Source of the DNA: Myxococcota bacterium
GTDB taxonomy: Bacteria > Myxococcota_A > UBA796 > SXON01
DNA: 64,000 nucleotides
Reading direction: 5' to 3'
NCBI GenBank assembly: GCA_040386535.1
Contig: JAZKFH010000037.1
Location: 74,430 to 138,429 of the forward strand
This document shows positions 36,614 through 44,255 of the stretch, piece after piece. Numbering within the stretch: position 1 is the first letter of the stretch; every line of letters begins with the position of its first letter. The position numbers and the translations under genes were made by a program. Under the pieces are notes generated by a model that worked only from the letters and a program-made list of their open reading frames with translations, did not search any database and was not told the DNA's origin.

Positions 36614-37266
36614 TCCTGGATCCGATCGTCCCCCGCATCCTCTCCGTGCGCCGCATCCCCGGCGCCGACCCCGCCCTGTTGCGCGCCTACGGCGCCGATC
36701 CCGACCGCCACCGCGCGCTCGGCCTCGTCACCTGCGATCAGGACGATCCTACCTACGTCGCCCTCGACGAGGCCACCAAGCACTCGCCCGTCGACGTCGT
36801 GTTCGCGCGATCGTTCTACGCGGGGTCGGGGCACGCCTCGGGGCGGCTCTCCGGCGAGATCCTCGGGGTCATCGCCGGGGCGGACGCGGACGAGGTGGAC
36901 GAGGGGCTCGCCGCGCTGGTGCGCTGTCTGGAGCACGACGCGTGCTTCTACCAGGCCGACGACAAGGGCTCGATCACGGTGTTCCCGCACGTCATCGCCT
37001 CGCTCGGGCGCTACCTCTCGGCGCAGTCGGGCCTCGCGCCCGGCGAGCCCATGGCGTACCTCGTGGCCCCGCCCATGGAGGCCACGATCGGGCTCGACGC
37101 GGCGTTGAAGGCGGCCTATGTGCGGGCGGTGAAGATCTTCCCGCCGCCCACCGAGACCAACTTCGCGGCCGCGTGGCTCACGGGTGACCTGGCGGCGTGC
37201 CAGGCCGCGGCCGAGGCGTTCGCGGCGGCGGTGATCGAGGTCGGACGCACGCCGCGCGAGCGATAG
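36610..37266 (+). CDS. eutL: Bacterial microcompartment tandem-domain (BMC-T) shell protein EutL
   Basis: LGLVTCDQDDPTYVALDEATK, SFYAGSGHAS, GEILG, AYLVAPPMEA, PPTETNF; GTGA-coupled to eutC. Confidence 0.92.
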   Translation: MILDPIVPRILSVRRIPGADPALLRAYGADPDRHRALGLVTCDQDDPTYVALDEATKHSPVDVVFARSFYAGSGHASGRLSGEILGVIAGADADEVDEGLAALVRCLEHDACFYQADDKGSITVFPHVIASLGRYLSAQSGLAPGEPMAYLVAPPMEATIGLDAALKAAYVRAVKIFPPPTETNFAAAWLTGDLAACQAAAEAFAAAVIEVGRTPRER

Positions 37267-37269
37267 CCC

Positions 37270-39468
37270 ATGCGGCTCCTCCTCCCCCTGGTCCTCGGCG
37301 TGGCGTGCACGTGGATCTCGTCGGACGAGCTGGCGGGGCGCCTGGACGACAAGGGCGGGGACGCCGACGGGGACGGCTTCGTGAGCCTCGCCGCGGGCGG
37401 GGACGACTGTGACGACACCGAGGCCGCGGTGAACCCGGGCGCGGTCGAGGCGTGTGACACCCCGGCCGACGACGATTGTGACGGCGCCACCGACGCGGAG
37501 GGGGCCGAAGGGTGTGTCGCGTGGCACTACGATGGGGACGCGGACGGCTTTGGCATCGGGAGCGGCGAGTGTTGGTGCCGGGCCCAGGAGGCCACCGACG
37601 TGGACGCCGTGGTGGGCGACGACTGTGACGACACGAACGCCGACGTGAACCCCGGCGAGGCCGAACGGTGTGACCCCGACGCGCTGGACGAGGACTGTGA
37701 CGGCCTCTCCGACGACGACGCGGGCGCCGAGGCCGAGGGGCGCACGCTCTACTTTCCGGACGCCGACGCGGACGGCTTCGGGGACGCGTCCGACCCGGGC
37801 ACGCCGAGCTGCGCGGTGCTGGCACCGCCCTGGACGACCTCGGACGCGGACTGCGACGACGCGAGTCCCAATGTGTTCCCGGGCGCGTCCGAGGGCGCGG
37901 CCGACGGCGTGGACCAGGATTGTGACGGCTACGAGACCTGCTACGTCGACGCGGACGGGGACACGTACCGGAGCGCGGACGGCGCCACCGTGGCCTCGGC
38001 CGATCTCGCGTGTGACGGGCCGGGCGAGAGCGCCGCGGCGGTGGCGGACGACTGTGACGACGCGGACCCGACCGTGCCGCGCGCGGAGGAGTGGGACCGC
38101 CGCGACGACGACTGCGACGGCGCCTCCGACGATCTCGACATCAGCACGTTCGCCGGCGGCGTGCTCTACGGCGCCACCTCCGCGCTGGGGCTCGGCGCGA
38201 GCCACACCCTCGCCCTCGGCGGCGACCTCGACGCGGACGGCCTCGACGACCTCGTCCTGCTCTCGGAGACCGGCTCCACCGGCTCGGGGTGGGTGGTCGG
38301 CGGCGCGGCGGCGCTCGGCGCGGCGGATGACGTGAGCGTGCTCGCGACGGCCTCGATCGTGGGGCAGACCTCGTACGTGCTCGGACACGTCGCCGGCCCC
38401 ATGGTCGACCTGACCGGGGACAGCGTCGCGGACGTGCTCCTGGGCGGATCGTACGGGTCCTACGGCCGCGCGTGGCTCCTGGACGGGACCCGCGCGGCCG
38501 GCGCGGTGCGCCTGGAGACCGACGCGGCGGCCCGATGGGACGGCGACTCCGCGAACGATCTCCTCAAGTGGGCGGTCGCGGGGGACGTGGACGGGGACGG
38601 CGTGGCGGACGTCGTGACCGGCGCCGTGTACGACTCGTTCGTGGGGTCGATCACCACGGACGTGTACACGGGGAACGTCGCGGTGTTCACGGACGGCGCG
38701 TGGGCGGGCGGCTACGACCTCTTGGACGCGCACGCCGAGATCCACGGGAGCGCCGCCTCGGACTACCTGGGCCAGAGCCTCGCCGTGGGCGACGTGACGG
38801 GAGACGGCTACGCCGACATCGTGGCGGGCGCGCCCGGCGAGGACGGGGGCGGCACGAACGCGGGCGCGATCTACGTGTTCGCGGGGAACGCCGGCGCGTC
38901 CTGGGCCGACGATCGCGCGGAGGGCGCGGCCACGGCCTGGCTCGTCGGGAGCGCCGCGTCGCTCGCGCTCGGCAACGACCCCATCCCCGCGCCGGGTGAC
39001 CTCGCGGGCGGCGGCCGCGCGAGCCTCGCGGTGGCCTCCTCGGTGTCCGGCGAGGTGTGGGTGTTCCTCGATCCGGTGGGCCTCTCCGGCGCCGTCGTGC
39101 TGGCCGACGCGGACGCGGCCTGGGCCGACACCCCGTCGTCCTTCGCGTCCGCGCTCACGAGCGGCTCCGACCTCGACGGCGACGGCGCGGCCGACCTCGC
39201 CATCGGGTCCCGCGGCGACGACACCCGCTTCGCCAACGCGGGCGCGGTGTTCCTGTTCTACGGCGGCGGCGCGTGGACCACGGGGATGACGAGCGCCGAC
39301 GCGGACGTGTCGCTCTACGGCGCCGCCTCGAGTGACGCGCTCGGCTCGGGAATCGCGAGCGGCGGCGATTTGAACGGCGACGGCCGCGGCGATCTGCTGC
39401 TGGGCGCCCCCGGCGTCGACACCGCGATCACCGGCGGCGGAGCGGCGTACGTCGTCGTGGGGCGATGA
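37270..39468 (+). CDS. Lipoprotein with MopE-like Cys/Asp repeats and FG-GAP propeller
   Basis: MRLLLPLVLGVAC lipobox; DCDD...NPG repeats; GDLDGDG..D...GAP repeats. Confidence 0.88.
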   Translation: MRLLLPLVLGVACTWISSDELAGRLDDKGGDADGDGFVSLAAGGDDCDDTEAAVNPGAVEACDTPADDDCDGATDAEGAEGCVAWHYDGDADGFGIGSGECWCRAQEATDVDAVVGDDCDDTNADVNPGEAERCDPDALDEDCDGLSDDDAGAEAEGRTLYFPDADADGFGDASDPGTPSCAVLAPPWTTSDADCDDASPNVFPGASEGAADGVDQDCDGYETCYVDADGDTYRSADGATVASADLACDGPGESAAAVADDCDDADPTVPRAEEWDRRDDDCDGASDDLDISTFAGGVLYGATSALGLGASHTLALGGDLDADGLDDLVLLSETGSTGSGWVVGGAAALGAADDVSVLATASIVGQTSYVLGHVAGPMVDLTGDSVADVLLGGSYGSYGRAWLLDGTRAAGAVRLETDAAARWDGDSANDLLKWAVAGDVDGDGVADVVTGAVYDSFVGSITTDVYTGNVAVFTDGAWAGGYDLLDAHAEIHGSAASDYLGQSLAVGDVTGDGYADIVAGAPGEDGGGTNAGAIYVFAGNAGASWADDRAEGAATAWLVGSAASLALGNDPIPAPGDLAGGGRASLAVASSVSGEVWVFLDPVGLSGAVVLADADAAWADTPSSFASALTSGSDLDGDGAADLAIGSRGDDTRFANAGAVFLFYGGGAWTTGMTSADADVSLYGAASSDALGSGIASGGDLNGDGRGDLLLGAPGVDTAITGGGAAYVVVGR

Positions 39469-39537
39469 TGATTTCCGCCCCCACGGAGATGACGAACTGA
39501 GGTAGAACAAACATGTCTTTCACCTCACGGAGCAGGC

Positions 39538-40944
39538 ATGTCCCCTCGCATCGGTATCGTCGGCGCCGGCCCCGGGGGCCTCTCCCTCGCCCGGCTCCTC
39601 TCGGATCGTGGCTACGCCGACATCACGCTGCTGGAGCGGGCGCCGCGGGTCGGCGGCAAGTCGCTCACGGTCACCCACGAGGGCCTCGGCCACGAGCTCG
39701 GCACCTGCTACCTCGGCACCGGCTACACGACGGTGCGCAAGTGGATGGAGCAGGCCGGCATCCGTGAACATGCGCTCCCCAAGCAGATCATCGAGCTGGA
39801 GAACGGCGAGCGCACCACGTTCGAGGCCTACGTGCTCGGCTCGGCCGGCCGCATCGGCGCCGCCGCGCAGATCAGTCGCTACGTGCGCGACTGGATCGCC
39901 TTCCACGACTGGGACGTGCGCGGCGCCCCGGACGACGGGCCCGGCACCAACGGGCGGCTGATGCGGGAGGAGGTCGCGGAGCCCTTCCTCGCTTGGTTGC
40001 GGGCCCGTGACCTCGACGTGGTGGCACGGTTCGCCCTGCGCTCGATGACAGTGATGGGCTACGGCGCCCTCGACACCACCCCCGCCTTGTACGGGCTGCG
40101 GTGGAACATGCCCTCGCTGCTCTGGGCCGCCGTCACCACCCAGATCGCCGAGCCCGCGCCGGGCTGGTCCGCGCTGTGGACCCACCTCGCGTACGAGCTG
40201 GACGTGCGGCTGGAGCACACCATCACCAGCGTCGAGCGCCGCGCCGGCGGCTTCGAGGTGCAGACGGATCGTGGGCCGTTCTCGTTCGAGCACCTCGTCC
40301 TCACGACGCCCCTGGACGAGGCCGCCGCGTGGTTTCCGTTCGACAAGGCCGAACGCACCGCGTATCCGATCGGAGGCGCCACCCTGCGGTGGGGCGAGAT
40401 GGTGAGCACGTTGGTCGACGCCCAGGGGTGGTTCCGCGACTCGGACACCCGGTGTTGGGAGGCCCGCGCCAAGGATGGGCCGAGCGTGGCCCGCGGCCAG
40501 GTGCTCGGGGCGCGGCGCACCGGTGACAAGACCGTCGTGGCCCGCGCGCGTGCGCGTACGCGTCCCGACGTGTACGTCACCTACCAATACGGCGATCCCA
40601 CCCGCACCGACGAGGAGCTGCTCGCCACCCTGCACACCGATCTCGCGGCGGAGGGGGCCACCGTCCAATCCGTGCTGCGCCAGTGCCGATGGCGGTACTC
40701 GCCCCAATACACGGCCGACGCGATCCGCGGCGGCGCCCTCTCGCGCTTCGAGCGGCAGCAGGGCCGGAACAACCTGTGGATCTCCGGTGCCACCGCATCG
40801 CACGAGGCGGTCGACAACATCGTCGACGCGAACGAGCGCCTCGTCGACCGCATGTCGCTCGCGTTCGCGGGGAAGGACCCGTCGGGGGAGGCCGCGTTCG
40901 AGGGCCTCGGGATGCGGTTCCGGTGGCGGTTGGACGACAAGTGA
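39538..40944 (+). CDS. FAD-dependent oxidoreductase, polyunsaturated fatty acid isomerase (PAI)-like
   Basis: IVGAGPGGL, LERAPRVGGK, ELG, MGYG...TPALY, WRYSP, QGRNNLWISG. Confidence 0.75.
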   Translation: MSPRIGIVGAGPGGLSLARLLSDRGYADITLLERAPRVGGKSLTVTHEGLGHELGTCYLGTGYTTVRKWMEQAGIREHALPKQIIELENGERTTFEAYVLGSAGRIGAAAQISRYVRDWIAFHDWDVRGAPDDGPGTNGRLMREEVAEPFLAWLRARDLDVVARFALRSMTVMGYGALDTTPALYGLRWNMPSLLWAAVTTQIAEPAPGWSALWTHLAYELDVRLEHTITSVERRAGGFEVQTDRGPFSFEHLVLTTPLDEAAAWFPFDKAERTAYPIGGATLRWGEMVSTLVDAQGWFRDSDTRCWEARAKDGPSVARGQVLGARRTGDKTVVARARARTRPDVYVTYQYGDPTRTDEELLATLHTDLAAEGATVQSVLRQCRWRYSPQYTADAIRGGALSRFERQQGRNNLWISGATASHEAVDNIVDANERLVDRMSLAFAGKDPSGEAAFEGLGMRFRWRLDDK

Positions 40945-41013
40945 CGTACCCGACCCTACGGGCCGCCCGCGCGCCGTTTGCCCCGACCGGTCGCCTACGC
41001 TAATCCGCCGGGC

Positions 41014-41307
41014 ATGCCTGCCCCCGACCGCGCAACGCGCCTCCTCATCGCCCTCGGCGTCATGCTCGCGCTCGCCGGGCTCCCGATCGGCATGACCGCG
41101 AGCGTTGCCGGAGCGCAGCAGGCCGCGGTGGCCGCGGGGCGGAGCGCGGCGTGGACGGCGGCGCCGGGCACCGTGACCGAGGGCGGCGCGTTGTTCTGGT
41201 TCATGGTGGGCAGCGGCGTGAGCCTCGCGGGGGCCGCGCTCGCGTGCGTGGGCTTCTACCGGCTCTGGCGCGCCGGGCGCCTCATCCGACCGAACCACTA
41301 CCGCTGA
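41014..41307 (+). CDS. Small two-TM membrane protein
   Basis: Two hydrophobic segments; typical high-GC codon usage. Confidence 0.55.
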   Translation: MPAPDRATRLLIALGVMLALAGLPIGMTASVAGAQQAAVAAGRSAAWTAAPGTVTEGGALFWFMVGSGVSLAGAALACVGFYRLWRAGRLIRPNHYR

Positions 41308-41311
41308 GAGC

Positions 41312-42085
41312 CTACGCCCCGTACGTGATCCACGTGATGGCCACCATCACCACGAGCCACTCGGGCTCGACGTAGCCGAGCAGCAGCAGGATCCCCGCGT
41401 GCAGGGCGATCACCGTCGCGGTGAGCAATACGCGCAGGTCGGGGAACACATAGAACACGCACGCGAACTCCGAGAGGAGCCCGAACACCCCGACGAACGA
41501 CGTGATGCGTACGGACCGGCCGGCCGCTCGCCGCGCCGCGCGCACCCAGCGGGGGCCCGAGTAGGCGCGCTCCGCGATGAGGAGCGCCTGGTGGTGGGGC
41601 TTCATCCACCGCCACCCGGTCAGTTGGATCTTGGAGAGGGCGGCCAACGGATACAGCGCCGCCATCACGCCGGCGGCGGCCTCCCAGCCCGCGCCGCGCC
41701 ACGCCTGCTCCGTGTACCCGAGCGCGCCGAGGAGGGTGGCGGCCGTCAGCCACCCGAGCAGGCACGCGGCGGCCGGCACGTACTTCCCGAGGCGGACCAC
41801 GATGTTGCCGGCCCACTGGCGTGTCTCCACCTGGCGCACCGCGAGGAGCGCGAGCAGCACCATCCCCGCCCCGAGCCGCGGCCACCCCGACGCCATCCAC
41901 GCCCACACCGTGCCCGCGAACCCCGCGGACGCCAGCAGGAAGAGCGCCAGGCGCCCGACCGCCACGCGGCGCACCGCCCCGTGCGCGGTGCCCGAGTAGA
42001 TGGGCCCGTCCGCCAGGAGCACGTGCCCCGCGGAGTTTCCCCAGGACAGGCACAGGGCGACGCAGAACAGCAGCTCGCCGGTCAT
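41312..42085 (-). CDS. HTTM-domain-like (SdpB/gamma-carboxylase-like) membrane protein
   Basis: ATG 42085; LYPLAALSKIQLTGWRW and SEF...R...LHAGILLLLG match the HTTM YxxAGxxK...W and E...R...H motifs. Confidence 0.65.
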   Translation of the reverse strand: MTGELLFCVALCLSWGNSAGHVLLADGPIYSGTAHGAVRRVAVGRLALFLLASAGFAGTVWAWMASGWPRLGAGMVLLALLAVRQVETRQWAGNIVVRLGKYVPAAACLLGWLTAATLLGALGYTEQAWRGAGWEAAAGVMAALYPLAALSKIQLTGWRWMKPHHQALLIAERAYSGPRWVRAARRAAGRSVRITSFVGVFGLLSEFACVFYVFPDLRVLLTATVIALHAGILLLLGYVEPEWLVVMVAITWITYGA

Positions 42086-42507
42086 GCGCGGAGGCGCCCG
42101 ACGCCCGAGCCGCGCGGTACGATGCGCTCCACCACGTCGCCCTCGGGGGTGACCCGGAAGATCCGGTAGCCGACGTCGATGCGCACGCCGAGGCCCTCGG
42201 GGCTTGCCGCCGTCCGATCCCGGATCCACTTCTGGGCCTCGAACACCACCCAGTGCAATGAACAGGGGACCGTGAAGGGCTCGATGACCTCGGGCGCGAT
42301 GCCGTGCCACGCGGCCACGTCCTGGAACTCGACCTCGCGCCCGTCGGCATGGACCACGAGCACGGCGCCCTCGCGCCGGCCCTCGAGGTCGGCGTACATC
42401 GCGTAGCGCGAGAACGGGAAGCGATCCCCGACACACCAGCTGATCACGCCGTACACCACCGCCGCCAGGATCGCGACGAACGGGGGCGCGAGGGGGAGGA
42501 GGTCCAT
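42082..42507 (-). CDS. Single-TM hypothetical protein with PFSxYxMY motif (HTTM partner-like)
   Basis: N-terminal TM, then GDRFPFSRYAMYA; ATGA-coupled to the HTTM-like gene. Confidence 0.6.
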   Translation of the reverse strand: MDLLPLAPPFVAILAAVVYGVISWCVGDRFPFSRYAMYADLEGRREGAVLVVHADGREVEFQDVAAWHGIAPEVIEPFTVPCSLHWVVFEAQKWIRDRTAASPEGLGVRIDVGYRIFRVTPEGDVVERIVPRGSGVGRLRA

Positions 42508-42590
42508 CGCCGGCCACCCTACAACACGCGCCCGCCGCCCACCACCCCCGCCACCGCCGAGAGTGGACTACTCTCTCGGCAGGAGAGCTC

Positions 42591-44234
42591 ATGCCGGACC
42601 TCATGCTTCCCACCGCGCACACCAAGGATCGCGTCAAGACGCCCGTCCCGGACCGGGTCGACGTCGCGATCGTGGGGGCGGGGCTCGGGGGCCTGATGAG
42701 CGCCGCCCGGCTGGCGCGGAAGGGGCTCTCTGTCGCCGTGTTCGACGGGCACTACGTGGCGGGCGGCTGTGCCACCATGTTCCACCGTGCCACCCGCGAC
42801 GGGAGCTACCAGTTCGACATCGGCCTGCACTACATCGGCAACTGCGAGCGCGAGGGCAAGATCCCGACCCTCCTGCGCGACGTCGGCATCGAGATGGAGT
42901 TCGTGCGCATGGACGACGATGGGTTCGACACGATCGTCGTGCCGGGCCTCACGTTCCCGATCCCCACCGAGATCGGGCGCTTCCGCGATCGCCTCGTGGA
43001 GCACTTCCCCCGCGAGAAGCGTGGCATCGACCGCTACATCCGCGTCCTCGGGGAGGTTGCCCACATGGGCAAGTGGGTGGAGGAGAACCGCAGCACGGGC
43101 GCGGTCGGCAAGATGGCGACGTTGTGGCAGGTCGCGACCCAAGCCCGCTTGGTACCCCGCTACCAGAACGCCACCATCAAGGACCTGCTGGACGACTGCA
43201 CGTCGGATGACACGTTGCGCGCGGTGCTCCTCGGCCAGAGCGGGGACTACGGCGTGGCGCCGAGCAAGGCGAGCGCGATGCTGCACCTCGGCCTCCAAGC
43301 CCACTACATGAACGGCGCCTACTACCCCAAGGGCGGCGGGCAGAAGATCGCGGACGAGCTGGCCGCGGTGGTGGAGGCGAGCGGCGGCGCCATCTGCCTT
43401 CGCCGCACGGTGGAGAAGATCCTCGTCGAGGACGGGCGCGCCGTGGGCGTGCGCATCGCCGAGGGGCGCGAGCCGGCGCGGGAGGTGCGCGCGGGCTGTG
43501 TCATCAGCAACGCCGATCTGAAGCGCACGTACACCGAGCTGCTGCCGGAGGCGTCGGTGCCCCCCGAGTGGCGGGTGCGCCGCGAGAAGTTGGAGATGGG
43601 CGCCGCCATCTTCATCACGTGCCTCGGGATCAAGGCCGACCTGCGTGCGTTGGGGATGGCCGCCAAGAACGTGTGGCGGTTCGACACGACGGACGCGGAG
43701 GAGATCTACGCCGAGGCCGACCGCGGCGAGACCACCGCGCGGTGCGCGTACATCACCAGCGCCTCGCTCAAGGACCCCGACACCCACGGCCACACGCCCC
43801 CCGGCGTGATGGGCGTCGAGGTGATGACCATCGCGCCGGGCCGCCCCGAGGCCTGGGGGGTCGAGCCCGGCGAGGTGGAGAGCGGGGTGTACCGCAAGCG
43901 GGAGGCCTACGAGGCGAAGAAGCGCGCGGTGGAGGACCGGCTGATCGACCACCTCGAGGCGCAGTTCCCCGGCACCAAGGAGCACATCGTGTTCCGCGAG
44001 AGCGCCACGCCCATCACGCACACCCGCTACACGCGCGCCACGGACGGCACGGGCTACGGCCTCGCGGCGACGCCCGCCCAGTTCATGGCGGGGCGCCCGG
44101 GCTACCGCGGGCCCATCCCGGGGCTCTACTTCGCCGGCGCCAGCACGCGCGCGGGGCACGGCATCGGCGGGGCGCTCATGAGCGGCAAACACGCGGCCGC
44201 GCGGCTCCTGGCAGACCGGGACGGCGCCTCCTGA
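42591..44234 (+). CDS. Phytoene desaturase/retinol saturase-like FAD-dependent oxidoreductase
   Basis: IVGAGLGGL, AGGC, FDIGLHY, YPKGG, ISNAD, ESATPITH.RYT...G..YG, GLYFAG, GHGIGGALMSG. Confidence 0.88.
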   Translation: MPDLMLPTAHTKDRVKTPVPDRVDVAIVGAGLGGLMSAARLARKGLSVAVFDGHYVAGGCATMFHRATRDGSYQFDIGLHYIGNCEREGKIPTLLRDVGIEMEFVRMDDDGFDTIVVPGLTFPIPTEIGRFRDRLVEHFPREKRGIDRYIRVLGEVAHMGKWVEENRSTGAVGKMATLWQVATQARLVPRYQNATIKDLLDDCTSDDTLRAVLLGQSGDYGVAPSKASAMLHLGLQAHYMNGAYYPKGGGQKIADELAAVVEASGGAICLRRTVEKILVEDGRAVGVRIAEGREPAREVRAGCVISNADLKRTYTELLPEASVPPEWRVRREKLEMGAAIFITCLGIKADLRALGMAAKNVWRFDTTDAEEIYAEADRGETTARCAYITSASLKDPDTHGHTPPGVMGVEVMTIAPGRPEAWGVEPGEVESGVYRKREAYEAKKRAVEDRLIDHLEAQFPGTKEHIVFRESATPITHTRYTRATDGTGYGLAATPAQFMAGRPGYRGPIPGLYFAGASTRAGHGIGGALMSGKHAAARLLADRDGAS

Positions 44235-44255
44235 AGAGGCCCGCCCGCGTCGGAG

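Noticed and set aside
39498..39527. Imperfect inverted repeat TGAGGT...ACCTCA upstream of the PAI-like gene
   Set aside because: Only 6-bp arms and no adjacent regulator; may be a promoter or operator but is not supportable.
42591..44234. Carotenoid or hopanoid cluster (crtI here, hpnA at 5284)
   Set aside because: No phytoene/squalene synthase or cyclase genes nearby; family-level calls only, so no gene symbols assigned.
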